From Eledone cirrhosa (Eukaryota): 64,000 nt of DNA. The stretch covers positions 289,044,001-289,108,000 of the forward strand of contig OZ024742.1 in NCBI GenBank assembly GCA_964016885.1, written 5' to 3'. A program made the position numbers and the translations under genes. Positions 24,001-35,200 of the stretch are shown here, piece by piece. Position 1 is the stretch's first letter, and the number at the start of each line of letters is the position of its first letter. Under the pieces are notes generated by a model that saw only the letters and a list, made by a program, of their open reading frames with translations, did not search any database and was not told the origin of the DNA.

Positions 24001-25636
24001 GGTAGTGTGGTAGTAAGGTTGATGGCAGTGGTGTTGGTAGTGTGGTAGTAAGGTTGATGGCAGTGGTGTTGGTGGTGGTGGTAGTAAGGTTGATGGCAGT
24101 GGTGTTGGCGGTGGTAGTAAGGTTGATGGTAGTGGTGTTGGAGGTGGTGGTAGTGGTGTTGGTGGTAGTGGTGTTGGTAGTGGTGGTAGTAAGGTTGATG
24201 GCAGTGGTGGTGGTGGTGGTGGAAGTAAGATTGATGGTAGTGGTGTTGGTGGTGGTGGTAGTAAGGTTGATGGTAGTGGTGTTGGCAGTGGTGGTAGTAA
24301 GGTTGATGTCAGTGGTGGTGGTGGTGGTGGTAGTAAGGTTGATGGCAGTGGTGTTGGCGGTGGTGGTAGTAAGGTTGATGTCAGTGGTGGTGGTGGTGGT
24401 GGTAGTAAGGTTGATGGCAGTGGTGTTGGCGGTGGTGGTAGTAAGGTTGATGGCAGTGGTGGTGGTGGTGGTGGTAGTAAGGTTGATGGTAGTGGTGTTG
24501 GTGGTGGTGGAAGTAAGGTTGATGGCAGTGGTGTTGGTGGTGGTGGTAGTAAGGTTGATGGTAGTGGTGTTGGTGGTGGTGGTAGTAAGGTTGATGGTAG
24601 TGGTGTTGGCGGTGGTGGTAGTAAGGTTGATGGCAGTGGTGTTGGTGGTGGTGGTAGTAAGGTTGATGGCAGTGGTGTTGGTAGTGGTGGTAGTAAGGTT
24701 GATGGTAGTGGTGTTGGTGGTGGTGGTAGTAAGGTTGATGGTAGTGGTGTTGGTGGTGGTGGAAGTATGGTTGATGGTAGTGGTGTTGGTGGTGGTGGTA
24801 GTAAGGTTGATGGTAGTGGTGTTGGTGGTGGTGGTAGTAAGGTTGATGGTAGTGGTGTTGGTGGTGGTGGTAGTAAGGTTGGTGGCGGTGGTGTTGGTGG
24901 TGGTGGTAGTAAGGTTGATGGCAGTGGTGGTGGTGGTGGTGGTGGTGGTAGTAAGGTTGATGGTAGTGGTGGTGGTGGTGGTGGTGGTGGTAGTAAGGTT
25001 GATGGTAGTGGTGATAGTAAGGTTGATGGCAGTGGTGGTGGTGGTGGTGGTGGTGGTGGTAGTAAGGTTGATGGCAGTGGTGTTGTTGGTGGTGGAAGTA
25101 TGGTTGATGGTAGTGGTGTTGGTGGTGGTGGTAGTAAGGTTGATGGTAGTGGTGTTGGTGGTGGTGGTAGTAAGGTTGATGGTATTGATGGTAGTGGTGT
25201 TGGTGGTGGTGGAAGTAAGGTTGATGGTAGTGGTGGTAGTAAGGTTGATGGTAGTGGTGTTGGTGGTGGTGGTAGTAAGGTTGATGGTAGTGGTGTTGGT
25301 GGTGGTGGTAGTAAGGTTGATGGCAGTGGTGTTGGTGGTGGTGGTAGTAAGGTTGATGGTAGTGGTGTTGGTAGTGGTGGTAGTAATGTTGATGGTAGTG
25401 GTGTTGGTAGTGGTGGTAGTAAGGTTGATGGTAGTGGTGTTGGTGGTGGTGGAAGTAAGGTTGATGGTAGTGGTGTTGGTAGTGGTGGTAGTAAGGTTGA
25501 CGGTAGTGGTGTTGGTGGTGGTGTTAGTAAGGTTGATGGTAGTGTTGTTGGTGGTGGTGTTAGTAAGGTTGACGGTAGTGGTGGTAGTAAGTTTGATGGT
25601 AGTGGTGTTGGTGGTGGTGGTAGTAAGTTTGATGGT
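1..25636. repeat. G-rich 36-bp tandem satellite, consensus AGTAAGGTTGATGG(C/T)AGTGGTGTTGGTGGTGGTGGT, roughly 700 units, starts before the window
   Basis: TAAGGTTG recurs every 36 nt (lines 9301, 9481, 9661 and 9841 start in the same phase). Unit variants come from GGT slippage plus a recurrent 35-nt unit (GGTAGTGTGGTAGT). All long ORFs here are 12-aa periodic translations of the unit. Confidence 0.97.
11245..22258. repeat. Higher-order tandem duplication (~5.45-5.56 kb x2) inside the satellite
   Basis: Rare variants recur at offset 5452 (TACGG 11250/16702; near-identical ORFs 11419/16871, 12087/17539, 13159/18611) and later at offset 5560-5561 (16627/22188). Confidence 0.9.
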
Positions 25637-25796
25637 TCTTTTCACTCGGAGAATATAAAATTATGTATACGCACATACATATATGTATACAGACATACAG
25701 TAGTATGTATATATATATATACATACATGCATACATATATATATGTACGTATGGATTCACCGAACATTTATTATAATGCTCGTTGTGTTTGTACAA

Positions 25797-25912
25797 ACAC
25801 TGGAGCAATGTGAAATAAAGTGTCTTGCTCAAGGAAACACCCGGTCTGAGAATTGAACTCACAGCCTTTCGATTGCAAGGCCAATGCTCTAACCACTAAG
25901 CCATGTGCCTCC
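25797..25912 (-). mobile_element. tRNA-derived SINE family A, head plus start of core only
   Basis: Minus strand reads GGCACATGGCTTAGTGGTTAGAGC (A box)...GAGTTCAATTC (B box)...CCTTGAGCAAGACACTTTATTTCACATTGCTCCAGT, matching the copy at 26473. Confidence 0.8.
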
Positions 25913-25914
25913 AT

Positions 25915-26254
25915 ATTCTCAGACTGGGTGATGTGTAGTTTCCTTGAGCAAGACACTTTATTTCACATTGCTCCAGTTTACTCAGCTGTAGAAATGAGAT
26001 GATAGGACTGGGTTCCCTATCATTCCACTGCAAAGTGGTCGTGGAGGTGCCACGGCAAAAAAGCACCCAGCCCACACTGAAAAGTGGATGTGTAGGCGCC
26101 ACGGAAAATAAGCCCCCAGCACTGACTGTAAATGAGGTTGGTGTTAGAAAGGGCATCCAGCTGTAGAAATCAAGCGAGAATCAGTTACCATCCCACCCTT
26201 GCAAGCAGGGAAAAGCAGACGTAAAATGATGATGATGATGATGATGATGATGAT
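25915..26254 (+). mobile_element. SINE family A, 5'-truncated, with RTE-like 3' tail and (GAT)n
   Basis: Matches the body of the 26473 copy and ends GCAAGCAGGGAAAAGCAGACGTAAAA(TGA)n. Confidence 0.8.
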
Positions 26255-26379
26255 ATATATATAAACACACAGATACACATATATATACACACACACATAT
26301 ATATATATATGTATATATAATCACACACACCCACATATATACACACACACATATACATATACACACACACACACACACA

Positions 26380-26469
<90 letters not shown>

Positions 26470-26470
26470 G
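26255..26470. repeat. (CA)n/(TA)n microsatellite block
   Basis: Seen directly in the sequence. Confidence 0.95.
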
Positions 26471-26472
26471 AA

Positions 26473-26848
26473 GGCGCATGGCTTAGTGGCTAGAGCACTG
26501 GGCTTGCAATCGAAAGGTTGTGAGTTCAATTCTCAGACCAGGTGATGTGTTGTTTCCTTGGGCAAGACACTTTATTTCCCATTGCTCCAGTTTACTCAGC
26601 TGTAGAAATGGGATGATAGGACTCGGGTCCCTATCATACCACTGCAAAGTGGACATGGAGGTGCCATGGCAAAAAAGCACCCAGCACTCACTGTAAATGA
26701 GGTTGGTTTAGGAAGGGCATCAAGCCAGAATCAGTTCCCGTATGAGCAAGACAAGGTCAGCCGTCCGGACACTGCCCCCAACAGGACAATCCGTCTAACC
26801 CGTGCTAGCATAGAAGAACGGACGTAAAACGGTGATGATGATGATGAT
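26473..26848 (+). mobile_element. Full-length tRNA-derived SINE family A with RTE-derived tail
   Basis: A box TGGCTTAGTGG and B box GAGTTCAATTC. The 3' end CCGTCTAACCCGTGCTAGCATAGAAGAACGGACGTAAAACGG(TGA)n matches the RTE 3' end at 27198-27260 (minus strand). Confidence 0.85.
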
Positions 26849-27197
26849 ATGGATATATATAGAGAGAGCTGCAGTGCTGAAAAGGCTTGCAGAACACACA
26901 AGTTGAAACCATTTGGCACCGCAGACAGGATTTTACATATCTCTATGTATGTGTGTGTATATATATATATATACTATGTTAAGGTATCAATATACAAATG
27001 GCTTCTACAGGACTAAAACTGTTTTATTCAAAGGAAATTATCAGGAAAGTCCATTTCTATATTAAATTTTCTATATATTCTAGTAATGTATTGTACCTTA
27101 CTTACTGTGGTTACCCCCAATTGTACACTTGTCCAGACACACACACACTTACATATATATATATGTGTGTGTGTGTATATATATATATATGTATGTA

Positions 27198-30100
27198 TTA
27201 TCATCATCATCATCATCGTTTAACGTCTATCTTCCACGCTAGCATGGGTTAGACGGGAGTTGTACCAATTTGAGGCTAGATTGTTCAGTTGACCATGCCT
27301 CGCTCGTATCTAGCAGGTTTTCTACGGCAGGATGCTCTTCCTAACACCAACCACATTTACAGTGTGGACTGGAACTTTTTACCGCGTTACCGGCCACATT
27401 ACAGCATGGACTGTGTGTGTTTTTGTCGTGACACCTACACGATCTCGATCTCGATCTCATTATCTCATTAATTTGGACTGGACGTTGTGGTACCAACTTT
27501 ACAGAGAAAAGGTGGTGTTGGTGGGAGTGGGAGGATGGAGTAGGGGTAGGGGTAGTGGGTTGGGGTGTATATTTGGTTAAGAGGTGCCTACTGACTAGGT
27601 CTCGCTTTGTACATAGGCAAGGTGGGTCTTCTCTATTACTGCATGGCGCCAAAGATCTCGGTCTAGTGACATTGTCTTAGAGAGGTGCAAGTGTGTAAGT
27701 TGGAATTTATCAAATCGTCCCAGGTTTTTCTGGGTCTTCCTACTCCGTAACTTCCATCAATTTTGATCGCCCTGCACTTTTTTATACAGCTGTCGTCTTT
27801 CATGCGCATCACGTGACCATACCAACGTAGTCTTCTCTCAAGTAAACAGCATCTGATCCCTCTTATTCCTAATTTCTCACTTAGTTCAATTATGTTTTGC
27901 CATTTGCGTATATTACTATTACACATCCAATGGAGCATGCATGCTTCGTTCCTTTCCAGTCTGCGCAGGTCCTCTGCACACAATGATCATATCTCACTGC
28001 CATGTAACATTGCTGTTCGTATACAAGCATCATATAATCTGCCTTTCATTTTTAGAGAGCAACTTTTGTGGCCGACAGCGATATAAGCTCTCTGAACTTT
28101 TACCATCCCGTTCTGATTCTGGCTACTGTACTTTCAGAGCACACTCTACCACTGCTGATTTTGTCACCCAGGTAACAGAAAGTATCCACTATTTCTATAG
28201 AAGCATCTGGGCAATAGAAGGAGCTAGTATCCTGTGGACACTTGCTACTTATTGCACCTGAGCATCGACCGCATATAAAATCCATATTCTTAGTTAGCTT
28301 ACCTGTGATCACACTACATCTTTTATGTACCCATAGTTTGCATGTGGGACATAAAATGGAATTTATACCTACTCCTTTCCTACACACTGAGCATGGCCAT
28401 TTCCCAGCGGGCACTTGTGCCCTATTTTCCTTTCTACATACTAGAACTTTAGTCTTAGACAAGTTAACTTTAAGGCCTTTTGATTCTAGGCCATGCTCCC
28501 ATGTTTGGAATTTCTTCTCAAGTTCAGCCATAGATTCAGTTATGAGAGTTAGATCATCTGCGTATAGGAGTTCCCATGGACAGCCGGTCTTAAACTCCTC
28601 TGTTATAGCCTGAAAGGCAATAATAAATAGGAGGGGGCTAAGGACACAGCCTTAATGAACACCAACTTTTACACTAAATTCTTCACTATTGTTAATTCTA
28701 ACCTTACTGACTGTTTCTTTATACACTGCTTCTATAGCTCTCACAAGCAATTCATCTACATCTAGTTTTCTAAGAGCCCACCAGATAATGGAGCCGGGGA
28801 CTCTGTCAAAGGCTTTCTCCAGATCTACTAAAGCTAAGTAGAGGGGTTTACTTTTAGCTAGGTACTTCTCCTGTATTTGTCGTACAAGGAAAAGAGCATC
28901 TGTGGTACTTTTACCTGACACAAACCCAAACTGCATTTCATTTAGATCAATTCGATCTCTGATTAGTTGTGCTATAACTCTTTCTGTGACCTTCATGACC
29001 TGGTCAACTAACTTAATGCTCCTATAGTTTCCCCTATCTAGAGCATCCTCTTTACCCTTTTAGCAAGTAATGATGATGTTGCTAGGCCAGTCATTTGGTA
29101 TGACCCCATTCTGTATTACTTGGTTTATTATCCGGGTGACCATAGTATGTCCCACCATTCCAGATGCTTTCAACATCTCAGCAACTATCTCCGAAGGCCC
29201 AACTGCCTTGCCTGTCTTCATATCTTTCATTGCCTTAATTACTAAATTACTATACTACCATTAACTTGCACCGCTGGTCCTTCTATTGGATCGATTTGGG
29301 GCAGACTCTTTTTCCCATTTATTCTCCTCATTTAGTAGTCTCTCGTAGTGACACTTCCAAGCTACCTTCTTATCAGTATCAGTGAGGGCAAGTACACCAT
29401 TATCATTACGGACACACTTCTCCCTGACAATATCACGGTTTTCCTTGACACATTGTCTAGCAATCCTGAACACCTCATGTTTTTGGTCCTCATGTTGTAG
29501 AACATGCTTGAACTTTCTATCCTCTGCTTCCCTTCTTGCAAAGTACACTTGTCTCCTAGCTTCTCTCCTGGCCACTTGATAGTGTTCTCTACTTCCCCCA
29601 TCCCGCCATACTTTCCAAGCCTGCTTTTTGGCCTTGATTGTCTCCTCCACCTTACTGTTCCCCCACCAAGTTACTCTCCTCCTGCCAATAGGTCTGCTCC
29701 AGTCACAGATTTCATCCGTCACCTTCAGCAGGTTAAGTTTCAAGAATTCCCACTGTTCCTCTATATTGTACGTCTCTAATTGCTCTTCATTACTGTCAAA
29801 AGCATCAACTAATAAGCTTTTAAATTTGTCACTGGCTGTGGGGTCCTTCAGCTTCCATATTCTTCTCCTCAAGGTAGTCCTCCTCTGTCATCGAGTACGT
29901 CTATTCCTGACTATGAGGTCACTAACTATTAGGCTATGTTGGGAGGTGCATTCTTCACGGGGGAGGGATTTAGTGTTTACAACAGACACTTTGTCACGTC
30001 TTCTAGTAAGGATATAATCTATCCGACTGGCGTGTTCCCCTGATCTATAGGTGATCAAGTGATTGTCTCGTTTTTTGAAGTTTGTGTTACAGATATATTT

Positions 30101-30700
30101 CTTTATTAGCGTCACAGAATTCCAGGATTCTGAAGCCTTCCTCATTTCTATTACCAAACCCATAGCCTCCATGGATTCCATCATAGCCATCACTATGTTA
30201 TCTAATGTGACCATTTAGGTCGCCACAATAATTAAGTAGTCACTGTCGGTTATTTGGGAGGTAGTGTGCGTTAGCGACTCATAGAACCTGTCCTTTATAA
30301 CGTCAGGTAGACCAGATTGGGGTGCATAAGCGGATATTATTGTCACAGTAGTTCTATTTAGAACTAGCCTTATTTTAATTATTCTGTCATTCACTCTATT
30401 TACGGCAATTACCTTATCTACTCATTTTTCAGCTAACATAATTCCTACTCCACCCAGTCCGTTGTCATTTCCCACCCAGAAAAGTTTATAGCATCGTTTT
30501 TTACCCACAATGAATCTCGCAGACCCACCCTTCCACCTAATCTCTTGAACACAACAAACATCAACTTCCTTACGTTCAAGCATCTCTACAACCTCATTTC
30601 AGTGATCTTTCAATGTGCCTACGTTCATGGTACTAACTCTGAAGTTGGGAGGGTGGAATGGATGGTTTGGAGGGGCAGGGAGGGGTATGGGAGACGGAAT
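27198..30700 (-). mobile_element. Decayed near full-length RTE-clade LINE (APE endonuclease + RT), many stops and frameshifts
   Basis: APE start FRVSTMNVGTLK...VDVCCVQEIRWKG (~30640-30520); SRIDYIL...SQHSL; RT QFGFVSGKSTTDA...DLEKAFDRVP; WELLYADD (~28560); RRLRWYGHVMR...GRPRKTW; 3' UTR ending (GAT)n. Confidence 0.92.
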
Positions 30701-30884
30701 TATGTTGGTCATCCACGAAATAAAGAAGGGTCCTTGCATTCTCGTCCTGCAGCGGGAGGGGAATTTATCTTTATCTCCTCATATGTATATCACAAGAACT
30801 TCCATCTAACTATCTGTCTATGTTACTTTATACATTGTCATACAAACATTGTCTCCCTAATTATACATTCACCTCAGCCATCCA

Positions 30885-31365
30885 CCATATGACACTGATA
30901 GACCATACACACACCATATGCACATCATATGACACTGATACACACACCGTACACATACCACACACCATACACACACCATATGACACTGATACACATACAC
31001 ACTATATACACACTATATGACACTGATACACATACACACCATATGATACTGATACACATACACGCCATATGACACTGATACACACACCATACACATACCA
31101 CACACACCATACACATACCACACACACCATACACATACCACACACACACACCATATAATACTGATACATACACACACACCATATGATACTGATACATACA
31201 CACATCATACACACACCATACACACACCATATACACACCATACACACACCACACACACACCATATACACACCACACACACACCATACACACACCATATAC
31301 ACACTATACACACACCATATACACACCACACACACACCATACACACATCATACACACACCATTCA
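30885..31365. repeat. Degenerate CA-rich minisatellite (CACACCATATGACACTGATACA-like units)
   Basis: CATATGACACTGATACAC motifs recur and grade into CACACCATA repeats. Confidence 0.85.
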
Positions 31366-31487
31366 CAGTAATATTGGGATAAATATGGTATCACTAATAC
31401 TGTGATCTATCTGATATTTGATATATATATATATATGGAATCGCTAATCATGTTCTATGTATGATATCACTAACGTTGAAATATATA

Positions 31488-31642
31488 TGCTGAGCTTGGC
31501 TGGTTTCACTTGGGGATCCAGCTGGATCAGTTGGAGATGGTTGCTTCTGACAGGAATGTTTGAGGTCTGTGTTCCAATGACCCTCTCAAGAAGAAGAAGA
31601 AGAAGAAGAAGAAGAAGAAGAAGAAGAAGAAAAAGAAGAAGA
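31488..31642 (+). mobile_element. Possible very short 3' remnant of another RTE-type LINE followed by (AAG)n
   Basis: Translates GFTWG...QLEMVASDRNV, resembling the W..LE..A.DR..W C-terminus of RTE ORFs. The match is short. Confidence 0.35.
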
Positions 31643-31894
31643 ATGATTTCTTTATTAACCACAAGGGTTTACATAAAGCAGACATTAAGGACAGTGCAGG
31701 ACAATACAGGACGGTACAAATGGGCATTTCTGCATGTAAAAAACAAAAACAGAGGATGTAACAAAAAATAACAATGAAAAATTCCCCAATAGGGGGGAGA
31801 CTTCGGAGGGACATTTGTGGAGAAAGCCCAGTAAAAGGCCACAGTGACCCTGACCACCAAGGCAAGTGCCCTCTCCCAGTTTTCCACCTTTAAT

Positions 31895-34800
31895 TTACAG
31901 ATAAGTACTCAGAGTAGGCCCATTCACTCGGGCCATTCTTGCTTCTCTCACCCATCTTTCAACAAAATGCTGGGAAGAGAGCACTTCCCTCTCTACTCTG
32001 ATTTTCCTTTTCAAATGAAATTTGAAAAAGTCAATCAGGGCATCACCGAAGAGGTAAGTGCTCGTCTTCAGCCCTTTCAAACGTGTCCACCATACTATCT
32101 CTTTCGCCATGGCCACCAGACAGATAAAAACTGCCTGCCCTTCCCGGCTAAAGGAAGAGGGCGGGGCAATCCTCACGATGGACTCAGATGATAGCCGGAT
32201 CCGTCCTACACGCGACAGCAGGTGTTCGACATAAACCCACAAGTCAGCAATTTTCGGACACTGGACGAGTGCATGCAGGACGGTTTCGTCGCCCTGCGCG
32301 CATCTCGGACATGCCCGGCTGACGGCACCTCCATGCCTGTAGAGTTTATCCCGAACTGGCAAGGCTCCTTGGTAGCACTGCCAGGCCAGAGATTTCTGGA
32401 AGTTGTCCATAGGTCCCGGCCCGAAAGTTCTTCCGAAGAGATTGGCTAGTTGATTTTCGTCGACGCCTAGAGTTTCCCCAAGTACGTCGTCGCTCTTCCC
32501 CTCCACTAATCCTCTATAGAACGCCGAGGTGGAGTTTCCACCGATCACATTGCCCGATTGGTCGAGGGCTGTGAGCGCCTGAAGACATTCCAGTCTCCAG
32601 GCGCTCCCTCTCGATCTTCGCTTGACCCAGGACTGCAGCTCCGTCAAGGAAACGAGCTGGGGAAATACGTGTCTAGCAAACGGCGACCACACCTGATCAC
32701 CGTCGAGGAAGAGGTGGAGATGTTGTAGCCTGAGCGCGTGTCTGCGCATCATCATCCACGGCATGCCCAGCCCTCCACATAGCGGGTGTTGACAGCAGAT
32801 GGACCGCCTGACCATCGGAGCGCGTCCCTTCCATAAAAAGCGAAAGAGCAAACGCTCCAGCGCAGTCAGGCGGGGATTAGGACAAGGTACAACGGTCAGG
32901 CGGTAGCAGATGACAGACGCGATGTACGCGTTAGCCACCTCCGCTCGACCTTTCAGGGATAGCTTCCTCTCCGCCCATTTCTGGGTGAGAGAAGCCACCC
33001 TGCTTGTCACCTCGTCCCAATTTTTGTCCGTCTGGAGGTCCGGACCGAACCAGACCCCTAGCAATTTAACCGGTCCGTCCGTCCAGCGTCCGACGACGCT
33101 GTTGGACGGCATGGACCTGCCTCTCCAGGTGCCGAGCTGCAGGCCCACTGACTTTTCCTGGTTGATCATTGCTCCTGTCACCGCTTCGTATTCTCTTAGT
33201 GTAGTGCCGATCGCCTCGATGTGTTTGGCGTTCGACACCACTACGGTAATTCGACACCACTACGGGACATCCTTGGCGGACCGAGCGCATGATGTTGAAC
33301 GGTTCCGAAAGGTAACCGTTCACTCTCACCACATAGCAGATGTCGCTGTGCATGGCAGCGATCCAGCCTCTGAAGACGGGACCAAAGCCAGCCGCCCTCA
33401 GGACTGCCGCTAGGTAACGATGGTCGACCCTATCGAAAGCTTTCGACTGATCTAAATTGATCAAGGACCCACCCGTGCCAGGTTCCCTAGCTACCCTCTC
33501 TACGATGTATCGCATGAGGTGGAGGTTGTCGTGGATGGATCTGTCGGGAATGGCGCATGTCTGCGCCTCTCCCACCAGACCACCAACGACAAGCGCCAAC
33601 CTCTTTGCTAGCACCTTGGCCAAAATCTTGAACTCTGTGTTTAGCAGAATTATGGGCCTGAAATTATCTATGGTATGCCCCTTGTTCGGATCCTTTCTCA
33701 GCAGTGCCACCGCTCCTCGGCTCACAGAGCTGGGAATTCTCCCATTCTGTTGCCAGTTGCAGTAGACGTCCGCCAAGAGGCCTCCGAACAAGTCTGGCAT
33801 CTGTACGTAAAGTTCATAGGGCAGACCATCCAAACCAGGCGATTTACCCCTTGTGCAGCCAGTCATTGCCTCCCGTACTTCAGCGGCTGTTATCGGCTTT
33901 TCGCAACACTCCGCCTCAGTGGCCGAGAGCCGCGGCAGTCCGTCGAGGTAGACACTAAAGTCCATCCCTCGACCCGGCCCACCGCTGCCTCCGAACAGCT
34001 GAGCGAAGTGTCGCTGAAAAGCTTCACACATTTGCCCGGGATCGAGTAGCATGCGCCCGTCGTGGTCCACCAAAGACCGGATCGTGGCTTTGTTGCCACG
34101 ACGCGCCTCCGCCACTCGGGCCCATTGAACGGCTTTCGTCCCCTCGTGTCTGAGAGCACGCACCCTAGCTCTGACAACGCAGCCTTCGTGCTTTGCATTG
34201 AAGAATTGGTCAAGGGCCAATTTCGCCGCAAGCACGTCGGTCGCGATGCCTTTGCTAAGCGCCTCGTCTAATTTTCTAACTAGTTCTCCCTCTGCTCTAT
34301 GTTTCTCTATTGCTAAAGCCTTACTAAACCTAATGGATTCTATTCTAATCGCTCTTTTCAGAGCAAACCGCCACTTGTTGTTGACGATGGCCCCCGTCAA
34401 CGCCCGCTTAACTAGTTCGCTAATCCGGTCTCTGTAGGCCTTGCGCGCTGGTAAGGACGCGTTTAGCTTCCAGTAGCCGGGTCCTCGTCTATGAAGCCTA
34501 TCTAAGTCAAGCACACAGATCACGAATTTGTGGTCCGTGTAGCTGACTATCTTGAATTGTGGACAGCCTATGCTAGACCTATCTATTTCCCTACAAAATA
34601 CTCTATCTAGATATGATCTGGATGACCCTATGCGATTTGTCCAAGTCCACATTGGCACATTCGGGAAATCCAATCGATACCTGTCAGACAGTTCAAAACG
34701 CCTGAGCAGGTTGGTGAGGCTCTTGCACCCTCCACCCCTATTCACTAATCCCACACAGTCCCAGCGTGCATCTAAGATCCCGTTCCAGTCGCCCACTAAC

Positions 34801-35165
34801 ACTAAAGAGCGGGACGTTCCAAAAAAGGTCTCCAGACGCCGGAAGAAATCAGGCCGCCCTGCTCCTGTCGGGGAATAGACAGCCACTAGCCTGAAAGCTT
34901 TTCCGTCTCCGCTGGTCACGTCCAGCACCACCAAACCTCTCCAAAAAAGCACAGCAACTTCTCCCCCCGATCCAGGACGGCTGGGAGATGCTTACACATC
35001 GTAGCCGCCGAAGATCGGTGCGAAGGCCCGTGCTTCGGAGATTCTGGTCTCGCTGATGGCCACTACATCTATGTTTAGTGACCTGAGGTCGTTGAGCAGG
35101 TGACCCTGCTTCCATGACGACCCCAAGCCACGCGCATTTATGCTGCCTATTCTGAGTGAGGTCAT
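31895..35165 (-). pseudogene. Tx1 ORF2 (APE-RT-CCHC), disrupted
   Basis: MTSLRIGSINARGL, VGDWN, SYLDRVF, YTDHK, KSPGLDGLP, LDQSKAFDRVDH, SVRQGCP, CPRCAQGDETVLHALVQC. There is an early stop/frameshift near 34990-34950, and the YADD region is deleted at ~33250. Confidence 0.9.
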
Positions 35166-35200
35166 GTTTAAAATAGAGTGGAAAAGATGGGAAAGACCAC

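Noticed and set aside
1-25636. CRISPR array or telomeric repeat interpretation of the 36-bp unit
   Set aside because: There are no unique spacers or cas genes and the context is eukaryotic. There are no TTAGGG/TTAGG arrays, and the G-rich strand points away from the left end.
2-25658. Long Val-rich plus-strand ORFs ([10 protein letters not shown])n
   Set aside because: These are translations of the satellite, broken by recurrent 35-nt units, with no unique domains. Most starts are GTG calls.
23114-25660. Minus-strand Thr-rich ORF as a spliced mucin exon
   Set aside because: The start is GTG, the nearest acceptor-like site is a weak GAG, and the frame shifts after ~530 codons. There is no supporting upstream exon.
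26473-26545. tRNA gene
   Set aside because: It has A/B boxes but runs straight into a SINE body, lacks a proper acceptor stem and occurs in several diverged copies.
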